Assembly (NCBI GenBank): GCA_963715985.1
Contig: CAVQSP010000014.1
Location: 96,001-160,000 of the forward strand
Length of the DNA: 64,000 nucleotides
Source of the DNA: an uncultured Thermoleophilia bacterium
Lineage (GTDB): Bacteria; Actinomycetota; Thermoleophilia; UBA2241
Reading direction: 5' to 3'
Below are positions 1 to 9,477 of the stretch, in pieces. Position 1 is the stretch's first letter. Each line of letters opens with the position of its first letter. Below the pieces are notes generated by a model that saw only the letters and a list, made by a program, of their open reading frames with translations, had not been told where the DNA came from and did no database searches. The position numbers were made by a program, and so were the translations under genes.

Positions 1-937
1 CGCCACCGTCGAGCGGGCGGCCGCCTTCGCCAAGGAGCAGGGCGCGGAGATCGTGGTCGCGCTGGGCGGCGGCAGCGTCATCGACACGGCCAAGATCGTC
101 TGCGCGATCGCGACGCACGGCGGCGGCGTCCTCGACTACGAGGGGTATGACCTGATCCCCGGCCCTGTCACCCCGCTCATCGCACTGCCGACCACGTCCG
201 GTACCGGCAGCGAGGTCACGTTCTGGGCCGTCGCCACGGACGTCTCCCGCAACTACAAGCTTGCGGTGAGCAGCGTGCTGCTGGCTCCGAGTCTGGCCCT
301 GGTCGATCCGTTGCTGACCGTGAGCCTGCCGCCTGCGGTGACCGCGGGCACCGGGTTCGATGCGCTGAGTCACGCCGTCGAGGCGTATACGGCGCGGTGC
401 AGCAACCCGGTCAGCGATGCGCTGGCACTCTACGCGATCGAGCTCGTGGGGCTGAACCTCGAGCAGGCGGTGCGCGATGGAGCGGACGTGGAGGCGCGAT
501 GCGGCATGTCTCTGGCCAGCCTGACGGCCGGCATCTCTTTCGGGAATGCCGACACGTCCGCGGCTCACGCGATGGGTGAGGCGCTCGGCGGTCTCTTCGA
601 CACGCCTCACGGCTTGGCGTGCGCGGCCAGCCTGCCCTACATGACGCGCTTCAACCTGCCGGCGGTCCCTGAGAAGACCGCGCGGATCGGGCAGGCGCTG
701 GGCCTTCCGACCGCCGGCCTTCCAGTCCAGGAGGCGGCAGAGGCGACCGTAGAAGGTCTCATCGAGCTCGGGAAGCGAGTCGGTGTACCCAGCATACGAA
801 GCTTCGGCGCCACGGAAGGGGACATCCCGAAGCTGGTCAGCATCGCGATGCTGAACGTCGGCAACGCGGACAACCCGGTCGACGTCGACGAGGCAGTGTT
901 CACGGAGCTCTTCAAGGAAGCCCTCGCACAGGACTAG
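1..937 (+). CDS. Iron-containing alcohol dehydrogenase (5' truncated by window edge)
   Basis: GGGSVIDTAK, PTTSGTGSEVT, DALSHAVE and AHAMG...HG metal-binding motifs; frame open from window start; TAG stop 935-937. Confidence 0.9.
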   Translation, partial: ATVERAAAFAKEQGAEIVVALGGGSVIDTAKIVCAIATHGGGVLDYEGYDLIPGPVTPLIALPTTSGTGSEVTFWAVATDVSRNYKLAVSSVLLAPSLALVDPLLTVSLPPAVTAGTGFDALSHAVEAYTARCSNPVSDALALYAIELVGLNLEQAVRDGADVEARCGMSLASLTAGISFGNADTSAAHAMGEALGGLFDTPHGLACAASLPYMTRFNLPAVPEKTARIGQALGLPTAGLPVQEAAEATVEGLIELGKRVGVPSIRSFGATEGDIPKLVSIAMLNVGNADNPVDVDEAVFTELFKEALAQD

Positions 938-1091
938 TTCGCGAGCACAGGCGTGCCTCGCGCCTGCACAGTCCCCTCCCGCCGAGACCTACCCGCGGTC
1001 GGCGGTTCGGCGTATAGTCGTTTTGCGCCGCTCAAAGCGGGTGCTCTGCGTCCCGGCTGGGCCGCCGGACCGTCAAGCGTTGCGGCTCAGA

Positions 1092-1165
1092 CGTGCGAGA
1101 TTAGCACGTTCTCGCACGATTTCAAACACAGTCGCACTTGACGCCGCGTCCGTCGAGCCTATGAT
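1092..1165 (+). promoter_or_regulatory. Sigma70-type promoter with upstream inverted repeat
   Basis: TTGACG 1138-1143, 16-nt spacer, TATGAT 1160-1165; perfect 9-bp IR CGTGCGAGA (1092-1100)...TCTCGCACG (1110-1118). Confidence 0.6.
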
Positions 1166-1496
1166 GACCTTTGTTCACGTGCGATTCTGCGAAACGAGGA
1201 TCGTGTAGGGGGAGAGTGCTCGGACCACGTCCATCGTGTGGCGTTCGTCGCCGGCAGTCGTCTGCGTGCCTGGGAGGCCGGATCCGGGCCTCGCGTGCCG
1301 GGGTGAGCGTTTTGGCGCGCGGCTGCTCGCGATTTACCGTCCCGATGCGAAGCCCCTGTGCGGCTCGGCCGTACGTTCGCGGCGTCGACCCGGCCACTCC
1401 CCGGCCGCGGGACCTCGGTAGGCGCCCCCAGGTGTCGAAAGGAGCGAGGCGACAGATGGAGAGAACGGTGATGAGTGTGGGCGAGGGGAGGCCGAC

Positions 1497-2441
1497 GTGA
1501 GCGTCCGGCTCTTCTTCGCCACGGACGTCCATGGCTCGGAGGTCTGCTGGCGCAAGTTCATCAACTCCGCCAAGCACTACGGCGCCAACGTCCTGATCCT
1601 GGGCGGCGACATGACCGGCAAGGCGGTCATCCCCATCATCGACAACGGGGGCGGCACCTACACGTTCCACATGCAGGACATCCGCCACGATCTCCAGGGC
1701 GCCGAGGCGCTGGCGGCCAATCGCGCGCGATCAGGATCACGGCTACTACCCCGTGGTCATGACGGCCGAGGAGGGGACCGAGTTCACCAGCGACCCCGAC
1801 AAGCTCGAGGAGCTCTTCCACGATCGATGCGCCAGCACTGTCAAGGACTGGGTCGCGTGGGCCGACGAGCGTCTCGAGGGCAGCGGCATGCGTGCATCGT
1901 CTGCCCCGGCAACGACGACCGACCCGACATCGACGGGCTGCTCGCCACGTCATCGCAGATCGAGGTGGGCGAGGGCAACATCGTCGACCTGCCGGACGGG
2001 ATACCAGCTGGCCTCCAGCGGCTACACGAACCTCACGCCCTGGGACACCCGCGGGAAGAGGACGACGGACAAGCTCAAGGCGCGCATCAGGGCATCGTCG
2101 CGCAGGCCACGGCGAGTCCCGAGCATCTGGTGATGGGCCTGCACGCGCCGCCGTACGACACGCAGCTCGACGTGGCGCCGAAGATCGACTGGGAGACGCT
2201 CACGGTGCAGGGCCAGGACTCCGCCCACGTGGGCTCCACCGCCGTCAAGGAGGTGATCGAGCAGGTCCAGCCCATCCTCTCGCTGCACGGGCACATCCAC
2301 GAGAGTCGCGCCGCCATCCGCATCGGGCGCACGCTGGCCGTCAATCCGGGGAGCTCGTACGTCGAGGGCACGCTCTCCGGGTGCGTCATCGAACTCGACG
2401 GCAAGAAGAAGATCAAGCGCTACAGGCTGACCAGCGGGTGA
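1497..2441 (+). CDS. Icc-like metallophosphoesterase (contains several compensating frameshifts)
   Basis: Motifs TDVHG, GGDMTG, CPGNDD, LHAPPY, LHGHIHE; the segment GYYPVVMT...WADERLEGSG lies in the frame of ORF 1753..2133, showing indels. Confidence 0.8.
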   Translation: MSVRLFFATDVHGSEVCWRKFINSAKHYGANVLILGGDMTGKAVIPIIDNGGGTYTFHMQDIRHDLQGAEALAANRARSGSRLLPRGHDGRGGDRVHQRPRQARGALPRSMRQHCQGLGRVGRRASRGQRHACIVCPGNDDRPDIDGLLATSSQIEVGEGNIVDLPDGIPAGLQRLHEPHALGHPREEDDGQAQGAHQGIVAQATASPEHLVMGLHAPPYDTQLDVAPKIDWETLTVQGQDSAHVGSTAVKEVIEQVQPILSLHGHIHESRAAIRIGRTLAVNPGSSYVEGTLSGCVIELDGKKKIKRYRLTSG

Positions 2442-2519
2442 GAGCCGCGGCGCCTGAAGAGCAGGGGGGACGGCGCTGGCGGGCCGTCCGAGGAGTCGGT
2501 ACTGGAGGAGGTTGGGCAT

Positions 2520-4159
2520 ATGGCGACAAATAAGCCCGCCGAACAGACGCTGTTCGTGCGAAAGGCCAGTGGTCTGGTCAAGGGCTGGTCGACTGGGGAC
2601 GGGTTCCGCTACTCGTTCTTCTCGACGAACATGTTCTTGGGGATCTGGGGCTTCCCTACGCCGTGTTCATCCCCGGCGGCAGCGTGTTCTGGCTGCCATC
2701 ATGATCTGTACCTTCGTGATTTCGAATTGTGGTGTACCGGGCCTGATCTCGGCGATGCCACGAGCAGGCGGTGACTACGTGTGGCAGTCACGCATGTTCC
2801 ACAGCTCGGTCGGCTTCGTGTTGGGGCCACCGGCTGGTGGTTCATCCTCTGGCTGTGGATCCCGATCTACGCCGCCCTGGGCGTGAACTCGTTCATCGAG
2901 CCCGATCCTGCGCATCGTCGGCGCGGACGGCGCCGCCGATTGGCTCGCTCACCAAGAACGGCGTCTTCGTCGCCTCGCTGGCGACGATCGCCCTTGCCGA
3001 CCTACCTCGTCGCCATCGGCATGAAGGCCTACGCCAAGTTCCAGAAGTGGGCCCTCTGGATCGGCCTTGGCGGGCTGCGCGGTGGCGGCCATCCTGCTGC
3101 TCGTGACCTCGAAGGCCAGCTTCATCGAGTCGTTCAACCGCGAGATGCTCGACCTGTACGGCGCCAAGGACGCGTACAGGCCACGCGTCGAGAGCGCCGG
3201 CGAGGGCATGCCGTCGTCCATGTTCGCCGGCAACGTCTGAGGACACGTTCAAGCTCATCCCGTTCATGGCCTTCTGGCTCCTGTGGCCGGTGTGGGGCGC
3301 CACGCTGTACGGCGAGGTCCGCGGCGCCAAGGACTTCCGCAAGAACATCTACCAGATGGCCGGCGGCCTCCTGGCGGCTGGTCGCCATCGTCATCGTCTT
3401 CCTGATCCTCGTGACGAAGACGATGGGCTGGACACTTCTTCGAGGCCACCGCCAACGGCTACATGGGTTCCCTGTACGCGTACATCGACCCCGCGACGCT
3501 GCCGGCCGGCAGCGACTACCTCTCGCCGACGGCGATGATCTCCTGGATCGTCGAGCAACAACGCCTTCCAGGTCGTCCTCATCGCGGTGATATCGCTGCT
3601 GGTGTTCGGCTGGTGGGGCACCGTGTTCCTCTCGTCGACGCGCATGATCTTCGCCTCGGCCTTCGACCGCATCCTGCCGGAGCGCGTCGCGAGGGTGACG
3701 TCGGGCGGCGTGCCGGTCAACGCGCTGCTGCTCATGGCGATCCCGTCGGTCATCGTCTCCGCCTTCTACGCCTACCAGCCCTCGTTCGTGCAGCTCACCT
3801 ACGACGCCACGCTGGTGATCGCCGTCATGTTCTTCGTCACAGGTCTCGCCTTCATGGTGATGCCGTGGCGCGCCAAGTCGATCTGGGACAACTCGGCGAT
3901 TCCCAAGATGAAGATCGCCGGCATCCCGATCCTGGCGATCGCAGCGCTCATCTACGCGATCTTCATGGGGTTCAACCTCTGGCTCTGGTTCTACGACAAG
4001 ACCAACACCTACGGCATCGGCTACAAGAACAAGAACTCCATGATCTTCATGGGCATCCTGTACGTCGCCGCCATCGTGATCTGGATCGTCGCCTGGGCCG
4101 TGCGCAAGCGCCAGGGCATGGAGCTCGAGGCTGTGGCCAAGGAGATCCCGGTCGAGTGA
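2520..4159 (+). pseudogene. APC-family amino acid/amine permease, multiply frameshifted (pseudogene or assembly error)
   Basis: N-terminal LFVRKASGLVK, MPRAGGDYVWQSR, YGEVRGAK, RMIFASAFDRILP, C-terminal KEIPVE spread over ORFs 2520, 2512, 2781, 3266, 3463, 3587; SD GGAGGAGG upstream. Confidence 0.8.
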
Positions 4160-4263
4160 TCGCCGCAGGCGGATCACCGTCGCGAGGTGACGGAGTCGCT
4201 GAGCGACAATGACTCGTCGAACAGGGGAACGATCGCGAGATTGATTCAGCAGACGCAGGCGCC

Positions 4264-4302
4264 GGCGGCGGCCCGGTGATCTTCCGGGCCGCCGCCGTCT
4301 CT
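4264..4302 (+). terminator. GC-rich hairpin between permease and mtbB
   Basis: GGCGGCGGCCCGG-TGATCTT-CCGGGCCGCCGCC followed by GTCTCT. Confidence 0.55.
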
Positions 4303-4405
4303 GCTCCCGAGTGGGCGTCGCGAAGATGCAGGCGCTCCGCATGAGATCCTCGTGGAGAGGAGCGTTCTACGTGACAACGCCGACGGCAGAGGAGGCCGCG
4401 CTTTC

Positions 4406-5806
4406 ATGAAGATCCTCACAAGAATGGGTGACAGCTCGAACGTCGAGCTGACACGCGACGAGCTGCGCCAGGAGTTCATCGAGGGCTCCGAGCTCGCCGC
4501 GAAGAAGGCCAAGATCCCCGTCCTCACCGAGAACGAGATCGACTACCTCGTCGACATGTTCGCGGCGCCCACGCGTATCTGGGGCGTGCAGCGCGGTAAC
4601 GAGGTCGTCATGACCAAGGACGGCTGCGTCAACGCCCTCAACTCCTCGCGCATGTCGAGCGGCGTGGTCGCTCCTGTCAACCGCGAGGTGGGCGTGCGCC
4701 TCTTCGAGTCGATGCTCGGCTTCGACTCCATGGAGGTCGCGCACAACGACTACTCCGTGAAGCCGCAGCGCTTCCTCAAGGCGCTCGAGCAGCTCCACAT
4801 GGAGATCCTCCAGGAAGTCACCATCTTCCCGCTGTTCTACGGCTTCATGCCCAACCTGGGCCTGTACTACCGGCCGGACGGCTCGTTCGAGAACCCATCG
4901 GACCTCATGCCGCTGGGCAAGATCCCGGAGGCGCGCCGCACGCAGGAAGAAGCGCTCGAGAAGTGCATGGAAGACTGCATGGAGATGAGCGACTGCATGC
5001 TCGAGATGGGCGCCGACGGCATCGACTACGACACCACCGCATCCACCGGCGACGCCGAGTTCCTGGCCGTGCTCAAGACCACCGAGCACGTGGCCGGCGA
5101 GACGGGTCTGCCCGTCGAGGTCGGCATGTCGGCCGAGATGGTGCTCGGCTTCCACGGCGAGCTGGAGTACAACGGCAAGCGGCTCGCCGGCATGTGGCCG
5201 CACCAGCAGCTGCAGGTCTGCGAGGAGGCCGGCGTCGCCATCTTCGGCCCGGTCAGCAACACCAACACCAGGAAGACCGTGCCGTGGAACCTCGCCCGCG
5301 CCCTCACCTTCGTGAAGGCCTGCACCGAGATCGCCAAGATCCCGGTGCACCCCAACGTCGGCATGGGCGTCGGCGGCGTGCCGATGTTCGAGACCCCCGC
5401 CGTCGACGTCGTGACCCGCTGCAGCGCGGCCATGATCGAGATCGGCCACGCCGACGGGTTGTAGGTCGGTACGGGCGACCCAGCCGGCATGCACATGGCG
5501 CATCTGCTGGCCTCGTCGATGGGTGGCATCCGGGCTACCGGAGATCTGGTGGCCCGCATGCAGCTCCAGAAGATGAGGATCCACGAAGCCAAGAAGTACG
5601 TGGCCGACAAGTTGCACGTGACGCCGCTCGACCTGTCCGATCCGACGATGATGCGAGGGCTCAGGGAAGAGCTCGACATCGGCGTTGTGACCGGCGTCCC
5701 GGGCGTCGCCAAGGGCATGGCCGCCAAGGTGCGCATCGCCGAGCTCCTCGACATCGAGATCAACAGCGTGGAGCAGTTCAAGAAGAAGACCGGTCTGCAC
5801 ATGTGA
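4406..5806 (+). CDS. mtbB: Dimethylamine:corrinoid methyltransferase MtbB, pyrrolysine-containing (amber readthrough at codon 353)
   Basis: SD AGAGGAGG then ATG 4406 (MKILTRMGD); ORFs 4352..5464 and 5489..5806 are in one frame, joined as [42 protein letters not shown], matching the MtbB DG(I/L)-O-(I/V)GxGDP...GDLVARM motif; 466 aa. Confidence 0.93.
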
Positions 5807-5909
5807 GCCGGCGGCTGGCGGCCGCGGCCTTCGGGTCGCGGCCGTCCGGCTCCAGCAGATCACGAGCCCCGGCCGCCTGAGGCGGTCGGGGCCCGTTGGC
5901 TTCTGACGC

Positions 5910-6031
5910 GCGCCCCTTGGGCGCGGGGCTTCCGCCGGGTGCGTGCGCCCCTTGGGCGCGGGGCCTCCGCCGGGTGCGTGCGCCCCTTGGGCGCGGGGCC
6001 TCTCGCCGGGTGCATGCGCCCCTTGGGCGCG
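5910..6031. repeat. Tandem 35-36 bp repeat, about 3.5 units
   Basis: GCGCCCCTTGGGCGCG at 5910, 5945, 5980, 6016 with near-identical intervening sequence. Confidence 0.9.
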
Positions 6032-6171
6032 CAGCGCGCCTCGACCGCCTCGCCTGCCCCGACCGCCGCCGCTCAGTCTCGCGCCCGTGTGTCCGCGGGC
6101 ATGTTCCGATCCGCGCTTTCAACTGGGCGTACGTTTGGACGTGTGGTTGCCTGAAACCGTCGTCGGGAACA

Positions 6172-6209
6172 TGCCGGCGCCTGCCGGCGCCTGCCGGCGC
6201 CTGCCGGCG
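6172..6209. repeat. 10-bp microsatellite (TGCCGGCGCC) x about 4
   Basis: atgccggcgc ctgccggcgc ctgccggcgc ctgccggcgg. Confidence 0.85.
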
Positions 6210-6290
6210 GCATCTCGCGCTGAGCGTGCCGTCGGCTGCCAGGGGCGGCCGCGAACGGCGTGCGCCTGCCGGCGCCGAGGCGTGGAAGCC

Positions 6291-7217
6291 TCACACGGCC
6301 TTGAGCCACTCCTCGTAGTCGCGGTGGGCGGCGTTGGCCTGCATGCGGTGGATGCGGTCCATGCCGTACCCGTAGAAGTCGAAGTCGAGCTTGGAGAGCG
6401 TGGCCTGGATCATCGCCCAGATGCTCCACCAGAGGTCGGCGACCAGCTTGTGGAGCATCATGCGCGCGTAGCGGTGCTCGTCCATGCCGCCGCAGTAGGC
6501 GGTGAGCACGGCCGTCTCCTCGTCCTCGGTGAGCGGGGTCTCCACGCAGAAGTCGCCGAGGTCGAAGTACGGGTCGCACATGCCGCCGTACTCCCAGTCG
6601 ATGATCCACATCTTGCCGTCCGGGGCGAGGATGAAGTTCTCGCTGAGCAGGTCGTTGTGACACGCCGTGAAGGCCGGCTGGTCGCGCTTCATCGCTTCTT
6701 CGATGCGCGCGCCCTGCTCGAGCATCCAGTCGGTCTCCTCGGGCCGCGGGGCGCCCACGTCCTGCGCCATGCTCAGGTACTGGCGGATCATGTCGAAGAC
6801 GTGGATCTCGTTGTCGAACACCGCCTTGTCGTGATACGTGCGCATGGCGGCGACGATCTTCTCCAGGCGGTCGGGGTGGCCGGCGATGCTCTCGGGGTGC
6901 ATGGTCTCGCCGGCGATGAACGGGACCACCGTGCAGTCGCCGGGCTGGATGACGTGCAGGAGCGGCGGCGTGACGCCGGCCGCCGCCGCCGCCCGGTGGT
7001 TGTTGAGCTCGCGGGTGCGGTCGATGAAGGTCTCGGTGCCCTCGCCGGGGATGCGCAGCACGAACTTGCCGGCGCCCGGGCTGCCGTCGGCGCCGTCGAC
7101 GGTCACCACGTAGTTGCGGTTGGTGATCCCGCCGCCGAGCTCCTCACAGACGATCTCCCTGCCCTGCCACTCGCCGATCCTCGCGATGACGTCATCGACG
7201 CTGATGCGCTCTGCCAT
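6291..7217 (-). CDS. Choline/ethanolamine kinase family phosphotransferase
   Basis: GGITNRNY, FVLRIPG, Brenner motif CHNDLLSENF, IDWEYGGMCDPYFDLG. Confidence 0.88.
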   Translation of the reverse strand: MAERISVDDVIARIGEWQGREIVCEELGGGITNRNYVVTVDGADGSPGAGKFVLRIPGEGTETFIDRTRELNNHRAAAAAGVTPPLLHVIQPGDCTVVPFIAGETMHPESIAGHPDRLEKIVAAMRTYHDKAVFDNEIHVFDMIRQYLSMAQDVGAPRPEETDWMLEQGARIEEAMKRDQPAFTACHNDLLSENFILAPDGKMWIIDWEYGGMCDPYFDLGDFCVETPLTEDEETAVLTAYCGGMDEHRYARMMLHKLVADLWWSIWAMIQATLSKLDFDFYGYGMDRIHRMQANAAHRDYEEWLKAV

Positions 7218-7338
7218 GTGTCTTCCTCACTCTGGTGTGTACGACTGCGACGAAACGGCCGGGGCCCTCGCGCTCTGGGGGGAGCATACGCGAGGGGCCC
7301 CGGCCGCGTCAGGGGGGACTGCGATCAGTGGACCCGTG

Positions 7339-8721
7339 TCAGAGGGCCGGGACCTCGAAGCCCATCCCGGCGAGGTCGGCGCGGACGTCGTCCATCGCCT
7401 TCTGGTACTCGCTGTTCACGATGGCCTTCGTCTTGGGGTCGTAGACCTCCTGGAAGGTCATGCCCTTGTCCGGGTCCTTCAGCTTGTCGCCGAAGAGCGG
7501 GAAGATCTTCTGGGCGATCGGCTCCGCCTCGGCGCGCGTGAGCTTGGCCGCCGCGAGGCCCATCTCGGCGTGGAACTTGTGGTCGTCCGGCACCAGCGAG
7601 TCGGACTGCACGGCCATGGCCGGGTGCCCGGAGAAGACGTTGCCGCCGGAGGTGACGATGGCGAGCAGGTAGCAGGCCATCTCGTAGTGGTACTGCTTGG
7701 TGCCCGAGCCGCCGCCCAGGTACGGCAGGTTGACCATCGGGTAGCCCATGTTGCGGCCGATGGCGGCGTTGCTCATGGCGATGGCCCAGATGAGCGGCTT
7801 GGTGGACGAGAGGTGCAGCTTGCTGTGCAGCGGCGCGTTGTAGTGGTAGGTGCCGCGGAAGACCAGGTTGCCCATGATCATGTAGGCCGTGGCGGTGACG
7901 GCCACGCCCTCGGCGCCGCCCGCGTACCCGCCGAAGAGCGGGGTGGAGGTGGAGCCGATGTTGGCGCTGATGCTGTTGTAGAAGGCCACCTTCTGCAGCG
8001 CCTCGTACCCGACGACCATCTCGGAGAGGAAGTCGATGAGGAAGCCGTCGCTCGGGCGCAGGCCGAAGTCCGGGTAGCTGGCCGCGAACATCGAGGCCGG
8101 CTGAGAGGCGGCGGAGATGCCGTTGATGATCGGGAGGCCTGAGCGGCCGGAGCGGCGGATGCCCTCACGCGCGAGACGCACCGTCTTGCAGGCGGCGAGG
8201 ATCTCCTGCGGCGAGCGCACGCGGGAGTCCTTGCCGCGCAGGTGCAGGATGCTGGGCACGCTCACCGAGTCGACGATGTTGAAGGACGCCATCTTCTCGA
8301 CGGTGTCCATGAACACTTGTTCGTCGGTGGTGTAGATGCCGCCGCCCACGTGCACCCACGGGCGGTCGTCAGTGGTGTCCGGGCGCCGCCCGTACATGGT
8401 CTTGCGCTCGCGGCCCTCGCCGAAGGTGGCGCCGTTGGGGGCCTGCGAGCAGGCGAGCAGGATCTCGTCGCGCGTGAACTGCATCACGCGGTTGGTCTCC
8501 GGGCAATACGCCCCGGCCTCGGCGATGAGGTCCACGGCCGCCTGGAAGACGCGGTCGGTGAGGTCGTCGTCGGTGTTGATGATGGTCGCCTTGTCCCACT
8601 TGACCGCGTGGCGCGCGATCACCTCGGCGAGGGTGGGCACGTAGCGCTTCATGTAGTAGTCGGTCTCGGACGTGAGCGGACCGGTCTCTGCGCGGTCGAA
8701 CACCTCGATCAGGTCGATCAT
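7339..8721 (-). CDS. mtmB: Monomethylamine methyltransferase MtmB-family protein lacking pyrrolysine
   Basis: FDRAETG, GAYCPETNRV, SPQEILA, PLFGGYAGG, GMTFQEVYD match MtmB; the Pyl region GRPGMGV-O-GPETS reads GRSGLPIINGISAAS with no TAG. Confidence 0.85.
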   Translation of the reverse strand: MIDLIEVFDRAETGPLTSETDYYMKRYVPTLAEVIARHAVKWDKATIINTDDDLTDRVFQAAVDLIAEAGAYCPETNRVMQFTRDEILLACSQAPNGATFGEGRERKTMYGRRPDTTDDRPWVHVGGGIYTTDEQVFMDTVEKMASFNIVDSVSVPSILHLRGKDSRVRSPQEILAACKTVRLAREGIRRSGRSGLPIINGISAASQPASMFAASYPDFGLRPSDGFLIDFLSEMVVGYEALQKVAFYNSISANIGSTSTPLFGGYAGGAEGVAVTATAYMIMGNLVFRGTYHYNAPLHSKLHLSSTKPLIWAIAMSNAAIGRNMGYPMVNLPYLGGGSGTKQYHYEMACYLLAIVTSGGNVFSGHPAMAVQSDSLVPDDHKFHAEMGLAAAKLTRAEAEPIAQKIFPLFGDKLKDPDKGMTFQEVYDPKTKAIVNSEYQKAMDDVRADLAGMGFEVPAL

Positions 8722-8769
8722 TGTCTGGCTCCTGTGCTGGCGGGTTCGCGGGTCGGCTGACGGTCGCGG

Positions 8770-9417
8770 TCAGGAGACCAGCTTGCTGGCGAGGGTGACC
8801 GCATCGTAGGCGTTGGCGGCCCAGCCGTCGGCGCCGATGGATGCGGCCCACTCCTCGGTCGTGGCACCGCCACCGACCATGACCTTGTACTTGTCGCGCG
8901 TGCCCTGGTCCTTGAGTGCGTCGATGACGTCACGCTGACCGATGAGCGTGGTGGTGAGCAGCGCCGACATGGCGATGATGTCGGCGCCGACCTCGTTGGC
9001 CTTGTCGACGAACTTGAACAGGTCCACGTCGATGCCGAGATCGTGGACCTCGTAGCCCGACGTCTCGAAGAGCAGCTTGAGGATGTTCTTGCCGATCGAG
9101 TGCAGGTCGCCCTTGACGGTGCCCAGCACCACGATGCCCTTCTTGGGGCCGCTGCCGCCGGCTTCCTTGATCAGCGGCTCGAGAACGCCCATCGCCGCCT
9201 GGAAGGCGAGCGCCGACTGCATCAGCTCGGGCAGGAAGATCTCCTCGTCCTCGAACTGCTGGCCGATGACGTTCAGGCCGGGCAGCAGGCCCTGGTCGAT
9301 GATCTCCTGCGCGCTCATGCCGTCGGCGAGCGCCTTGTCGACGGACTCGAGCACGGCGTCCTGGTCCTGGTCGACGACGGCCTGCTTCAGCTGGTCATGC
9401 ATCGCTTCGTTTCCCAT
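8770..9417 (-). CDS. Methyltransferase cognate corrinoid protein (MtmC/MtbC/MttC family)
   Basis: Cap domain FEDEEIFLPELM; B12 motif GTVKGDLHSIGKNI, MSALLTTT, MVGGG. Confidence 0.93.
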   Translation of the reverse strand: MGNEAMHDQLKQAVVDQDQDAVLESVDKALADGMSAQEIIDQGLLPGLNVIGQQFEDEEIFLPELMQSALAFQAAMGVLEPLIKEAGGSGPKKGIVVLGTVKGDLHSIGKNILKLLFETSGYEVHDLGIDVDLFKFVDKANEVGADIIAMSALLTTTLIGQRDVIDALKDQGTRDKYKVMVGGGATTEEWAASIGADGWAANAYDAVTLASKLVS

Positions 9418-9477
9418 GAGTGACTCCCCTCGTCTGCTTGCGTGTCTGTGAGTTCGTGCGTGCGCGTGCCCGCGGGC

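Noticed and set aside
935-1141. Functional amber readthrough extension of the Fe-ADH
   Set aside because: The protein is complete at the TAG; the extension has atypical codons and overlaps the next promoter
5489-5806. Separate 105-aa gene
   Set aside because: It is the C-terminus of MtbB after the amber codon
5910-6031. Possible CRISPR array
   Set aside because: Intervening sequences are nearly identical, so there are no unique spacers; no cas genes nearby
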